Shown here: positions 1-9,350 of the stretch, in pieces
Position numbering within the stretch: the stretch's first letter is position 1
Layout: every line of letters begins with the position of its first letter
Assembly (NCBI GenBank): GCA_038153405.1
Contig: JAYOYH010000012.1
Span: forward strand, 1-64,000
Length of the DNA stretch: 64,000 bases
Source: Gemmatimonadota bacterium
GTDB lineage: Bacteria > Latescibacterota > UBA2968 > UBA8231
Reading direction: 5' to 3'
The notes under the pieces: model-generated
Database searches by the model: none
What the model saw: the letters and a program-made list of their open reading frames with translations, nothing else
Told to the model about the DNA's origin: nothing
Made by a program: the position numbers and the translations under genes

Positions 1-610
1 CCACGCTCCACAGGCGCACTTCGTCGAGGATGGCGTTGGAAAAGGAAGTCAACGACATCGAATTCACACCAAACCGCATGGCGGACACCACGCTATTCAA
101 CGTGCCCGTCACAGCCAGACTGCTCACCAGCACGCCGTCTTTGTAGACCCGCAGGCCCGTGGCATCCGAATAGGTCATCGCCACGTGCACCCACTGGTTG
201 GCCGTATAGGGGATGTCGATGTAGGGCCACGTTGAATTGTTCGAACCGGTGGGACTCGGCATATACACAAGACAGCGCAGCGCGCCGGCTGTAGTGTCGT
301 ATTCGTGTACGAAGCCACCTACATTGCTGGCGTCGCGTTTGGCAATAATGTCTTGCGTAGTAGCAGTAGAGCGCGGGTACAGCCAGTATTCGAGGGTGAT
401 CTCGTTGGTCGTTGCATACGTGTTGAGACTAGCCGCATCGGCCACCTCGACGTAGTCGTCAACGCCGTCCAAATCCAGTCCGGTGGCGAATAGACCATCC
501 GGTGAACTCTGCCCCCACGCCGCGCCCACACCACCGTACAGCACAAACGCCGCGCAGAACAGCGCGGCCAGTGCAACGGAGCGATAGGTTGGATTAGAGA
601 CTGTGGACAT
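1..610 (-). CDS. Secreted LamG-like jellyroll (concanavalin A-like) domain protein, 3' end truncated by the window edge
   Basis: Not in the ORF track because it runs off the edge. Manual translation from ATG 610 gives MSTVSNPTYRSVALAALFCAAFVLYGGVGAAWGQ (signal peptide), then LDLDGVDDYVEV...ITLEYWLYP...NQWVHVAMTY...LRVYKDG...ILDEVRLW, which are typical LamG motifs. Confidence 0.85.
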   Translation of the reverse strand, partial: MSTVSNPTYRSVALAALFCAAFVLYGGVGAAWGQSSPDGLFATGLDLDGVDDYVEVADAASLNTYATTNEITLEYWLYPRSTATTQDIIAKRDASNVGGFVHEYDTTAGALRCLVYMPSPTGSNNSTWPYIDIPYTANQWVHVAMTYSDATGLRVYKDGVLVSSLAVTGTLNSVVSAMRFGVNSMSLTSFSNAILDEVRLWSV

Positions 611-792
611 ACAGTGTGCTTTCGGGAGACGAGATAGGCAAGGTGCTTAGTTTAAGGCGGCAGTATTCTGCCCGCTATCCACGAGCAACATGCGATGGGC
701 ACGGTACAACTCGAACAGACCTGCCGATCTAACAGGAGACGGATCACAGTATTTGGGAAAATGCCATGTCAAGATAATATATTACCTTCAGT

Positions 793-825
793 TATATACA
801 TCGGTGATACATATCACAGTATATA
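793..825. promoter_or_regulatory. CRP/FNR-like palindromic site in AT-rich intergenic DNA
   Basis: GGTGA-TACATA-TCACA (803-818) matches the TGTGA-N6-TCACA architecture and is flanked by inverted TATATAC/GTATATA. It lies upstream of the LamG gene. Confidence 0.4.
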
Positions 826-1008
826 TCTTTGATTCGTACTACACAATGCATTTTGACTTATTTTCAATTTTTTTGTCTATTTTTTTGTATGATTTTCTAT
901 TTTTTGTGTAATAATACCTTATTTAGTGTATATAGATACCGAAAATGCTGTCGCAAACAGCCGCTTCGGTCGCGCCAGACGGCCACCCCAAGCCCAGATG
1001 AAATAGGC

Positions 1009-2103
1009 TCAGATCAGCGATGCATAGACGCGTTCTTGCTCGCCGGCAACCCGGTCCCAGGTAAATTGCCGCGCCCACTGGCGCCCGTTGGAGCCCATGC
1101 GCTGGCGTTCTAGCGGCTGGTCTAAGAGGCGCTCAATCGCCTCTGCTAGGGCGGCGGGCTGTTCAGACGGCACGAGCAGGCCGGTCTCGCCGGCGCGTAT
1201 GGCGTCGCGCAGACCCGGAATGTCGGTGCCGATAACGGGCTTGCCAGCGGCACCGGCCTCAATGGCGACAATGCCCCACCCTTCGTAGCGCGACGGCATG
1301 CAGACGAGCAGTGCACCGCTCATCAGCTGCTCCTTCTGCTCGTCGTTGGCCGGACCATAGAGCTCTACGCGATCGGCTATGCCCAGCGCTTCAGCCAGCG
1401 CAACCAGCTCGCGCTGGCGCTCCGGCGTGCCGCGCCCGGCCAGCACCAGGCGCACGTCGGGGCGCGATACGGCCGCCATGCCGCGCAGCAATACGTCCAG
1501 CCCTTTGGTGTGTATGTCCAATCGGCCAAAGTAGAGGATGTAGTCGCCCTCCGGTCCGCCGGCGGCAAAGCAGCGATCGTCGACGCCGGTATAGACCAAG
1601 TGCAGCTGCGCGCGCAGGCCCATGTCTTCCAGCTGCTGCATAACGGTTGGCGAGATAGTCAGGATATGGTCGTGCTGGCGCAGGACGCGCCTTTCCGCGC
1701 GATGAGCGGCGCGGCCAATAACGGGAAACTTTTCGCTCGCATGCGCGCCCATCAGATGAAAAAACTCGAGCAGGCTGCGCTGCCGCGTGCGCGCGGTAGC
1801 CAACAGTGGAGCGTAGGCCGAGAAGCCGTAGACCCATAGGTCGTACTCGCCGCGCGCTACTTCCGCAGAAGCGGCCGCGCAAAAGCTGAGGCGGCTGAGT
1901 GCGTACGAGCGCGCCGAACCAACGCGCCGAATGCGCACGCCATCGCGCTCCACTTCGCGCTCCGCGCCGGGAAACGCGCCCACAACGACGGTGATATCGT
2001 GGCGTGCGCTCAGACGGCTGGAGATTTCCAGCGTGCGCAGGGCGCCGCCGCCGCCGCACCACGGGTTGTCCACGTCGTCGTATACTGTGTGAAGGATTTT
2101 CAC
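1009..2103 (-). CDS. Glycosyltransferase family 4 (GT-B)
   Basis: N-terminal GGG motif, YFGRL..KG, PSRYEGWGIVAIEA (EX7E), and G.PVIGTDIPGLRDAI. Confidence 0.92.
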   Translation of the reverse strand: MKILHTVYDDVDNPWCGGGGALRTLEISSRLSARHDITVVVGAFPGAEREVERDGVRIRRVGSARSYALSRLSFCAAASAEVARGEYDLWVYGFSAYAPLLATARTRQRSLLEFFHLMGAHASEKFPVIGRAAHRAERRVLRQHDHILTISPTVMQQLEDMGLRAQLHLVYTGVDDRCFAAGGPEGDYILYFGRLDIHTKGLDVLLRGMAAVSRPDVRLVLAGRGTPERQRELVALAEALGIADRVELYGPANDEQKEQLMSGALLVCMPSRYEGWGIVAIEAGAAGKPVIGTDIPGLRDAIRAGETGLLVPSEQPAALAEAIERLLDQPLERQRMGSNGRQWARQFTWDRVAGEQERVYASLI

Positions 2104-2211
2104 AAGCCGCCCGGCCTATATCTGAAGAGTATGCGGCGCACACCAGCCGCTCTGTGCGCCCTCGTGCGTAAACATACACCCCATAGCAGATCCTGTCACT
2201 GCGCAGCGGCG

Positions 2212-5200
2212 CTAGAGGCCGAGCAGCGGCTCGCAGCGCACGCAGTCGCCCACCACGTAGTCGACGACATCGACCCATACCCCGGTCGCCGCCGCGGGCA
2301 AGGCGGCCGATAGCCACAGGCGCGTCGACTGCGCGTCTGGATTCATCGCCTCGTCGATGGGCACCCAAGCATCGGCCCCTTGTACCTGCAGACGCGTTCC
2401 GTGCAGGTTGCCAGTGCGCGCCGCAATAAAGTGGTCCAGCTCGACTTCGGCGCCGTCGGCGCGGCGCACCAGACCGCGTCCCAGCAGCGAGTCGATATCC
2501 AGCGTCAGGCGCTGTCGCGCTTCGGCCAGCACCTCTACCGCCTCGATGCGATAGGTATGCCCGCGCCCGCTCGGGTTGGCGGCGATGCGCGCGCCCGGCT
2601 CTACGCTCAGGCCCTCGACGTCGATGGTGCAGGCGGCGCGGTCGAGCGCGGCAATACGCCCTTCGACCGGCACCGCGCAGCGCAGGCGATGGGCGCCTAC
2701 GGCAACGGCCTGCGCCGCTGCATAGGGTCGGCCGTCGACCGTCCAGGCCACGCCCGCGCTCAAGAGCGCTCCGTCGGTAAAGGAGGCCTCGTCCCGATCG
2801 GGATTCCAGTAGAGGGCTACGGCGCGGCCGGCGCGCGTCGTCAGGCGCACGCCAGCCGCCGCGCCATCGCTCCTCCCGATCGGCTCGACCTCGGCCAGCG
2901 CAGCGTCGCCAACGCGCGGCTCAAAAACTAGATCGACGCGCGTTGTAGGCGCTTCGGACGTCGGCCGCCGCGACCACAGCAGGCCGTTGTAGACGTAGCG
3001 CGAATCGTCCGGCTCGCCGAGCGTGGCCGTCGAGCGCGCGCACAGCAGGTCAATGTCGGCGCTGGCATCGACTTGGTAGACGTCCAGATGCACGTCCTCC
3101 TCGTGGCGCGAGCGCCACTGCCCCCGCCACGGCGACGATCCCTCGTAGTGGCGCACATCGTCCATATAGGCCAGCGCCGATAGATCGCCGTGTCCAACCC
3201 GGTCGGCCTGACCGCGCTCGACGTACTGGCCGGCCGCCGTGCCGGGCCGTGCGCTCCAGGGCCCATCTCCTGTAAAAAGCCCTTCCAAGCCGCGGCAGCA
3301 GCGCCAGTGCTGCTGGCCGCCGTCGATGCGCATCATATCGACCAGCGCCACGCCGTCGCCGTCCGTTTCGACTAACGCCAGCAGGCGGCGTAGCTGCACG
3401 CCGGGGCGAAACCAGCGCATGCCCTCGGCGTCCCAGGCCCAGCGCTCGGCCTCCACTTCGATAATCTGCACGCCGTCGGCCGCGGCAACCCGGCGCAGCC
3501 GGCCGCGCCCGGCCAGCGCCTTGAGAAAGTAAAAGGGCGTGTCGGAAGGCCAGTGCACCGGCTGCACGTCCTCGACGATACCCCAGCCCGTATTGTGCGT
3601 TGCCCAATGCCCCTCCCAGCGCGCCACGCTGGTCCACGACTGCGGATAGCCCAAGTCGCTCAGAAAGGGCCGGCCGTGCGCAAAGAGCTGCACGTCGAGC
3701 AGATCCATGTGACGATGCAGCCAGGCGTCGCCATACACTAGGCCAACGGCGGCGCGCTCGGGCGTTTCCGCCGTGCGCAGGACGGCGATGCCCGCCCCGT
3801 CGTGGATCGTCGTGCCCAAGCTCCTGTGGGCACCGGGTGCAACCTGCAGCGCGCGCACGCGCGGATCGTCTAGCTGGGCGATGGCCCGCTCTAGCAGGCG
3901 CCCGCCCAAGGGCGCATAGGGCTCGTCCTTGAGCGGGCCCTGCACGCCGGCCGAAGCGCCGTCGCCAAAGCCGAAAATCGCTCGCCCGAGCAGCACCGTC
4001 TCGTGCGGGGCCAGCGCAATGCGCCGCGCCCTGGGCTGCTCTAACAGCGACGGATAGCGGTCAGCCGGATAGGTGGCCGGGCGCAGGGCGCGCAGCCGCT
4101 GCAGGTGCTCTTCTAACTCAAACAGGCCGATGCTGTGCGTGTCGTTGTAGCCGCCCGTCGCCTCGGGTGGCGTGCCGTCGGCAAAGAAGTTGTTGGTGGC
4201 AAAGGTGCGCAGGCGCTCCTGGCTGCGATCGTAGAGCCAGGCCAGAGGACCTTCCAAATCCTCGCGGTCGAGCACCTGCAGCAGGACGAGGGCGCCCACG
4301 CTGGCGCGCGGAAAGTTGCTCAGACCGCCGCCGTCCATCAGGCACTGCAGCTGCACGGCCAGCATTTCCTCGATGAGCTGCACGCCCTCGCGCGCATCGC
4401 CCAGCGACAGGCCCAAGGCGTTAACCGCTGCGCACCAGCTGCGGTCGCTCTGCATATAGGGCCACACCGTGTCGTAGGCTAGCGCCATCGACTGGGCGAC
4501 GATGGACACGTCGATGCTGTAGCGCAGCAGCCCCTTGCGATAGAGCGCGGCGACGGGATCGGCCTGCGCCGCCCAGTCGGTCTGGCCCCAGTCCCACGGC
4601 TCTTCCTTTTCCTTGGACGGCCCGTAGCGAAACTGGGCGGCCGTCGCCACGTAGAGCGTCTCCTGCGCGTAGCGCAGCAGCATGAGCACCAGGCGCTGCA
4701 TCCCATCGGCGGGCAGGCCCTCGCGGCGCACGTAGTGGGTCAGGGCGGTAATGCCCGCGCCAAAGGCCGCTACCTGGTTGCGGTGATAGGTGGCGGCAAA
4801 GAGGTAGATATGCCCCTCTGCATCGACGTAGCCAAAGCCGTCGTCGGGGCATGCGCCGTCGTACCACTGGCCCGCGCTCAGGTCGTTGCTCGGTGCTTCA
4901 AACGCGCAGCTGGGACAGCGCGCGCGCGGACCGGCGCCCAGCTCGGGCCAGATCCACGGATAGAAGCCGTGGTGGGCAAAGATAGCCCGATCGCAGCGCG
5001 GACAGCCCTGGGTCACGTTGACGTAGTGGGCCTGCGGCCGCTCGGCCGGCGGCAGCGCCTGCCACAGCTCGGCTAGGTTGCAGTCCAGCCACCAGGCCAG
5101 CGTCGGAGAATCGGCGCGCTCGGTCAGCGGTAGATCCTGCAGCGTCTGGCGCGTCTTGTGCGATTGCCAGGGCTGGCCCAGCGGCCAGCGCCGCGGCCAC

Positions 5201-5487
5201 TGCGCGCCGTTGTACTCGTGCGGCGCGCGCAGCTGCTCTAGACCACATACTCGGATCGACTGGCTGCACTGCTCGGCACCCAGCCGAGCCGACAGCACAT
5301 AGGTGCCGGGCCGGCTGGGTGCGCGCAAATAAAAATAGTGCGCGCCGTCGGCCGCCGAATAGCGCTGCTGCTCGACGACAAAGTCTGGACACGATAGCTC
5401 GACGTCGCCGCGGCAGACGACCGGCAGGCGGAAGGAGCGCCCGGTCATAAGGATGCGCGGATACCACGGAATGGCTACGGTCGTCAT
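2212..5487 (-). CDS. Large heparinase II/III-like (polysaccharide lyase-like) protein with an N-terminal Cys4 Zn-ribbon
   Basis: 1091 aa. Contains CPRC...CPSC, E.TGGYN, and HRHMDLLDVQLFAHG.PFLSDLGYP...THN, which resembles the heparinase II/III C-terminal motif. Confidence 0.6.
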   Translation of the reverse strand: MTTVAIPWYPRILMTGRSFRLPVVCRGDVELSCPDFVVEQQRYSAADGAHYFYLRAPSRPGTYVLSARLGAEQCSQSIRVCGLEQLRAPHEYNGAQWPRRWPLGQPWQSHKTRQTLQDLPLTERADSPTLAWWLDCNLAELWQALPPAERPQAHYVNVTQGCPRCDRAIFAHHGFYPWIWPELGAGPRARCPSCAFEAPSNDLSAGQWYDGACPDDGFGYVDAEGHIYLFAATYHRNQVAAFGAGITALTHYVRREGLPADGMQRLVLMLLRYAQETLYVATAAQFRYGPSKEKEEPWDWGQTDWAAQADPVAALYRKGLLRYSIDVSIVAQSMALAYDTVWPYMQSDRSWCAAVNALGLSLGDAREGVQLIEEMLAVQLQCLMDGGGLSNFPRASVGALVLLQVLDREDLEGPLAWLYDRSQERLRTFATNNFFADGTPPEATGGYNDTHSIGLFELEEHLQRLRALRPATYPADRYPSLLEQPRARRIALAPHETVLLGRAIFGFGDGASAGVQGPLKDEPYAPLGGRLLERAIAQLDDPRVRALQVAPGAHRSLGTTIHDGAGIAVLRTAETPERAAVGLVYGDAWLHRHMDLLDVQLFAHGRPFLSDLGYPQSWTSVARWEGHWATHNTGWGIVEDVQPVHWPSDTPFYFLKALAGRGRLRRVAAADGVQIIEVEAERWAWDAEGMRWFRPGVQLRRLLALVETDGDGVALVDMMRIDGGQQHWRCCRGLEGLFTGDGPWSARPGTAAGQYVERGQADRVGHGDLSALAYMDDVRHYEGSSPWRGQWRSRHEEDVHLDVYQVDASADIDLLCARSTATLGEPDDSRYVYNGLLWSRRPTSEAPTTRVDLVFEPRVGDAALAEVEPIGRSDGAAAGVRLTTRAGRAVALYWNPDRDEASFTDGALLSAGVAWTVDGRPYAAAQAVAVGAHRLRCAVPVEGRIAALDRAACTIDVEGLSVEPGARIAANPSGRGHTYRIEAVEVLAEARQRLTLDIDSLLGRGLVRRADGAEVELDHFIAARTGNLHGTRLQVQGADAWVPIDEAMNPDAQSTRLWLSAALPAAATGVWVDVVDYVVGDCVRCEPLLGL

Positions 5488-5512
5488 AGAAGCTCCCCGG
5501 TATACAGGTCAG

Positions 5513-6523
5513 CTACAGCAATGAGCGGATATCGGCCACTGAAGCCGCGCCCGTCGTGCCCAGTTGGTGCACGGTGTGCGAGGCAGCGGCCATCGCAATG
5601 CAGCATGCCTCCTCGGTGGTCGCTCCGGCGGCTAGCGCCGCGGCCAGATTAGCCGTCACGCTATCGCCGGCGCCAACAATATCAATCGGACCGCGCAGCG
5701 GCAGCGCCGGCACCTGGCACAGCGCGCCGTCGGCATCGGCCGCGATCATGCCGTCCTCGGCCAGCGTGACAAAGGTCGAGCGGCCGCAGCGCCGGGCCCA
5801 CGCGGCAACGGCCGCCTGCAGCGCCGGCCGATCGGGCAGCGTCGGCGCATCGATCAGCGCGGCCAGCTCGGCGCCGTTCATCTTGAAGTTGAGCGACGGA
5901 AAAGCGGACAGGCTGCGGCGCGAGTCGGCCAACACGGGCACGGTCGGCCGCTGATGGGCCAGGCGCGCCAGCGCGTCGAGGACGGCCTGCGTAATCGCGC
6001 CGGTCTCTGCCCGGTCCGTTTGCTCCAGCGCGACGACCGCATCGACCTGCGCAGCTAGCGCGTCTACGGCTTGGGCCAGTCGCATGCTTAGCTCCGACGG
6101 AGTAGACGACCAGTTTTTGCTGTCGAGACGCGACAGCTCGCGCGGCCCACCCGCTTCCATCAGCAGCGGCTTGCAGTAGGTAAAGGTGCGGCGCCCCTCG
6201 GCGCAGAGGAAGTGATCCATACACGCGCCGGGCAGGTGCTGCAGCGCGCGGCGCAGTTCGTAGCCCTCGCCGTCGTCGCCACAGTAGCCGACCAGATCGA
6301 TGCGCCCGACACCGAGCGCGGCCAGATTGGCCACGACAGTGCCGGCGCCACCCGGCTGCGCGCGCACGTCGATCACGTTGTGGACGGGCAGGCCGGTCTC
6401 GATCGATGTCTCCGCGCGCGTCGGATCAATTTCCAGATAGCGATCCAAGCAGATGTCGCCGACCACGGCTATGCGCAGCGCGGCGTAGCGCGCGGCCAGC
6501 GCGTCAAAGCGGTGCGTATTCAC
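5513..6523 (-). CDS. PfkB-family carbohydrate kinase, HldE/RfaE domain I-like
   Basis: VVGDICLDRYL, PGGAGTV..NL..LG, and DIVGAGD. The GTG start at 6523 overlaps the upstream TGA (GTGA); the extension in the ORF track is rejected. Confidence 0.85.
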   Translation of the reverse strand: MNTHRFDALAARYAALRIAVVGDICLDRYLEIDPTRAETSIETGLPVHNVIDVRAQPGGAGTVVANLAALGVGRIDLVGYCGDDGEGYELRRALQHLPGACMDHFLCAEGRRTFTYCKPLLMEAGGPRELSRLDSKNWSSTPSELSMRLAQAVDALAAQVDAVVALEQTDRAETGAITQAVLDALARLAHQRPTVPVLADSRRSLSAFPSLNFKMNGAELAALIDAPTLPDRPALQAAVAAWARRCGRSTFVTLAEDGMIAADADGALCQVPALPLRGPIDIVGAGDSVTANLAAALAAGATTEEACCIAMAAASHTVHQLGTTGAASVADIRSLL

Positions 6524-7629
6524 GTGCTCATCAGCATGCGGTGGAGGTGCTGAACAAAGATCGCGTTGTCGCTCTGCACGTACTGCATGCGCCCTCCCAT
6601 GCGCGAGAAGCTCTTGCAAAAGCGCAAATAGTAGGCCGGCTCGGTCTTGGGCGGCTCGCCCTGGCGCCAGTCCCAGCCGCCGCCGTCCTGCAGATCGACC
6701 ACGTAGATGGCGTGGTCGTCGACGACGCCCTGCCCGTCCTGCAGGCGCAGGTTGTTGACGCAGCTGAGCGCCTTTTCAAAGACCTGCGGCCCCATGATGG
6801 CCGATCCAATCGACAGCGTAACGCCGCCCTGGATCTGGCTCAGGCTGCCGCCAAATAGCGCGAAGTCCCACTCGGCGGCGCGCCCGATGGCCGCGCCGCT
6901 AAAAATCGGATGGTTGGCAATAATATCGTAGCCGATGCCCGGATGTACGCTAAAGGGCACGCCGTGCTGCCAGGCGGCCGCCAGAATCGAGGCGTGGCGA
7001 TGCGGATGCGCTACGGCGTGGCGACCGGGCTCCAGCGCGCATCGCTGCATGGCCTGCAGCAACTCGGCGCGCGCGGCGGTATGGGAGTCTGCTGGCGCTT
7101 CGGCAATGACCCGAATCAGGTCGTCCGGGGCCGGCAGCGTGCAGCCGTCCTCGCAGATAAAGCGCCCGAGCGCGCCGCCGTAGCCCAACCCGTCCAGCGC
7201 CCCCGTCATCAGCGCCAGGTGAATATTGCGGGCGGTCTCGTCCCAGAGGCCAAAGGTGCCGCTGGCCACGCCGCGCTCGACGCTTTCTGTGCTAGCGCCC
7301 AAGTGCGCGTACTCCCAGTCGTGGATGGTGCCGGCGCCGTTGGTCGCCAGGTGAGTTAGCCAGCCGGCCTCCATGAGCTCGGCCAGCAGCAGAGCGGCGC
7401 CGTTGCGCAGCAGGTGGGCCCCGTAAATCAGCATAGCCGTCGCCCCGCGCGCACGCGCGCGCCGCACGTCTTCGGCCGCCTGAGCCACGCGCTCCTGCGC
7501 CTCAGGCGCCAGCGGACGCAGCGGCGCGTCGGGGGCCAGCAAGATATCTTCGACGCGCGTCATGTGCGCGCGCTCGGCCAGCGGCCGAACGCGCAGCTGC
7601 GTCAGGTCGAGCCGGTACATGGATTTCAT
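6520..7629 (-). CDS. Deoxyhypusine-synthase-like conserved protein
   Basis: YGAHL, HLATNGAGTIHDWE, G.FGLWDET, PFSVHPGIGYDII, IGSAIMGPQVFEKALS. The ATG at 7629 overlaps the stop of the HAD gene (ATGA). Confidence 0.65.
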   Translation of the reverse strand: MKSMYRLDLTQLRVRPLAERAHMTRVEDILLAPDAPLRPLAPEAQERVAQAAEDVRRARARGATAMLIYGAHLLRNGAALLLAELMEAGWLTHLATNGAGTIHDWEYAHLGASTESVERGVASGTFGLWDETARNIHLALMTGALDGLGYGGALGRFICEDGCTLPAPDDLIRVIAEAPADSHTAARAELLQAMQRCALEPGRHAVAHPHRHASILAAAWQHGVPFSVHPGIGYDIIANHPIFSGAAIGRAAEWDFALFGGSLSQIQGGVTLSIGSAIMGPQVFEKALSCVNNLRLQDGQGVVDDHAIYVVDLQDGGGWDWRQGEPPKTEPAYYLRFCKSFSRMGGRMQYVQSDNAIFVQHLHRMLMST

Positions 7630-8402
7630 AGTCGGGACTCCCAGCGGTGTAGCCAGTCTACAGAACCAGAAAAATCGGCCCACGCCTCGTCGGCGCCGAC
7701 TGCCAGCAGCTGCTCCCGCTTGCGCGGATCGCATGCCTTTAGGTCTCGATCTTCTTCGCTCGTGCAGAGGGCAACCGCATAGCCACCCAAGCGCTTGGCT
7801 TCGGCTATTTCTACCGGCCCGTCGCCAAAGGCGACCAGTTCCTCTCCGCGGCAGCCCATCTCGCGCAGCAGGCGCGCAAATACATCGGCCTTGCGATAGC
7901 GCGACGGATCGCCCGTGCACCCGTAAATTCGATCGCCGAAAAACGAGTCCAGTTCGAGCAAAGCGGCTTCTTGGCGCACGTGGTGTTCTACCGTAGCACT
8001 GATGACAGCTAGCTGTGCACCCGATGCCTGCAGTGCGGCCAGAAAGGCACGCGCGCCGCGAATGGCCCACTCGTCGGGCTGGGCTCGACCCGAGCGCAGC
8101 GCACCGACGCGTTGCTCGACTGCGGCCAATAGGCGCTCCTGATAGGTCGCATAGAGCGCCTCGGGTGCGGGCGACTGCTGCTCCCGTCCCTGCGCCAGCT
8201 TTACAAAGTGCTGCATCTGCACGAGCGTCGCCTGGCCGCTCAGCCCGAAGACGATGTGCTGCAGGTGCGCTTCGCGCGCCGCTTCCGCTTCGCCGGGCAA
8301 GAGCGGCAGGTGCGCGCGCAGCAGGTCGGCCATGAGTGCAGGCCAGCCGTGGCGAATCCAAGACAGCGTGCCGTCGAAGTCGAATACGTAGAGGTGGTCC
8401 AT
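7626..8402 (-). CDS. HAD-superfamily hydrolase/phosphatase
   Basis: Motif I FDFDGT, motif II VISAT, a conserved Lys, and motif IV FGDGPVE. Confidence 0.88.
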   Translation of the reverse strand: MDHLYVFDFDGTLSWIRHGWPALMADLLRAHLPLLPGEAEAAREAHLQHIVFGLSGQATLVQMQHFVKLAQGREQQSPAPEALYATYQERLLAAVEQRVGALRSGRAQPDEWAIRGARAFLAALQASGAQLAVISATVEHHVRQEAALLELDSFFGDRIYGCTGDPSRYRKADVFARLLREMGCRGEELVAFGDGPVEIAEAKRLGGYAVALCTSEEDRDLKACDPRKREQLLAVGADEAWADFSGSVDWLHRWESRL

Positions 8403-8485
8403 GGGCGCCGTTGGCTAGGGGACAAACGATAGCAAAAGTAGACAGGCGGCAGACAGCGGCGCAACAGCGCGTCCCCGTCGCCCGT

Positions 8486-9316
8486 TCAGGGCCAGCGCCA
8501 CAGCGCCGCGGCGGTGCCGCCGAGGATCCATGCGCGCTCTTCGGCGCTCAGGTCGATGGCCTCGGCAAACAGCTCGACCGTTTGGGCATAGCTCGTCTTG
8601 GGACTGTACTGCGCGGTGGGGAAATTGCTGCCAAACAAACAGCGCTCCGGGCCAAAGGCATCGACTAACTCGCGCACCATCCAGTGCGCATCGGCAAAAG
8701 GGTAGGCCTGGCGGCTAGCCAGCGGCAGAAAGGTCAACTTGACGTAGACGTTTTTGTAGTCGGCTAGCGCGCGCACCGGCGCCGTCGTATTCTCGCTGGG
8801 CGCCAGCGACCCCGACACGTAGCCGCAGTGGTCCAGCACAAAGCGCGTCTGTGGAAACTGGCGCACGCGCGCTTCAACAGCGGCGTATTCCTCGTGCGTG
8901 GCGTTGACGTCCACTGTCAGATTGAGGTCGGCCGCTGCACGCCAAAGCGGCGTGCTGATGGGATCGTCGAGAACCTGCTGGTAAAAGAGGTGACGCTGGA
9001 TGCGCACGCCGCACACGCCCTGTGCCACCAGCTGTTCCAGGGTCTGCAGCGCGTCGGCACTGGCCGGGTCGACCAGCGCAGCAACGGCCAGCCACGTCTC
9101 GTTTCCTCTGCGCTGGTCGAGCGCATAGCGATTGTCCCAGCCATAGAATCCGGTCGAAATGGCCAGCGCGCGCTGCACGCCAGCCGTTTGCATGTGCTGG
9201 CGCAGCGCAGCGGCCGAACCCTCGAATTCAGGCCGGTAGCCCGATGCGGGGTCGGCCAGCGGGTAGCCCTCGGTATCCAGCGTCATCAGATGGGTATGAC
9301 TATCAATAATCTGCAT
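8486..9316 (-). CDS. Amidohydrolase_2 family (sugar-lactonase-like)
   Basis: IDSHTH, GVR, VLDHCG, VKL, LFGSNFP. Start refined to ATG 9316. Confidence 0.85.
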   Translation of the reverse strand: MQIIDSHTHLMTLDTEGYPLADPASGYRPEFEGSAAALRQHMQTAGVQRALAISTGFYGWDNRYALDQRRGNETWLAVAALVDPASADALQTLEQLVAQGVCGVRIQRHLFYQQVLDDPISTPLWRAAADLNLTVDVNATHEEYAAVEARVRQFPQTRFVLDHCGYVSGSLAPSENTTAPVRALADYKNVYVKLTFLPLASRQAYPFADAHWMVRELVDAFGPERCLFGSNFPTAQYSPKTSYAQTVELFAEAIDLSAEERAWILGGTAAALWRWP

Positions 9317-9350
9317 GGGTAAACCGTATCGTTGTATGGAAAAACGCACC

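Noticed and set aside
690..1113. Short Phe/Tyr/Ile-rich ORFs (also 23195-23430)
   Set aside because: These are translations of AT-rich promoter DNA with atypical composition.
7630..8361. N-terminal half of the 613-aa ORF, suggesting a fusion
   Set aside because: It is an off-frame overlap with the HAD gene; the real start is the coupled ATG at 7629.
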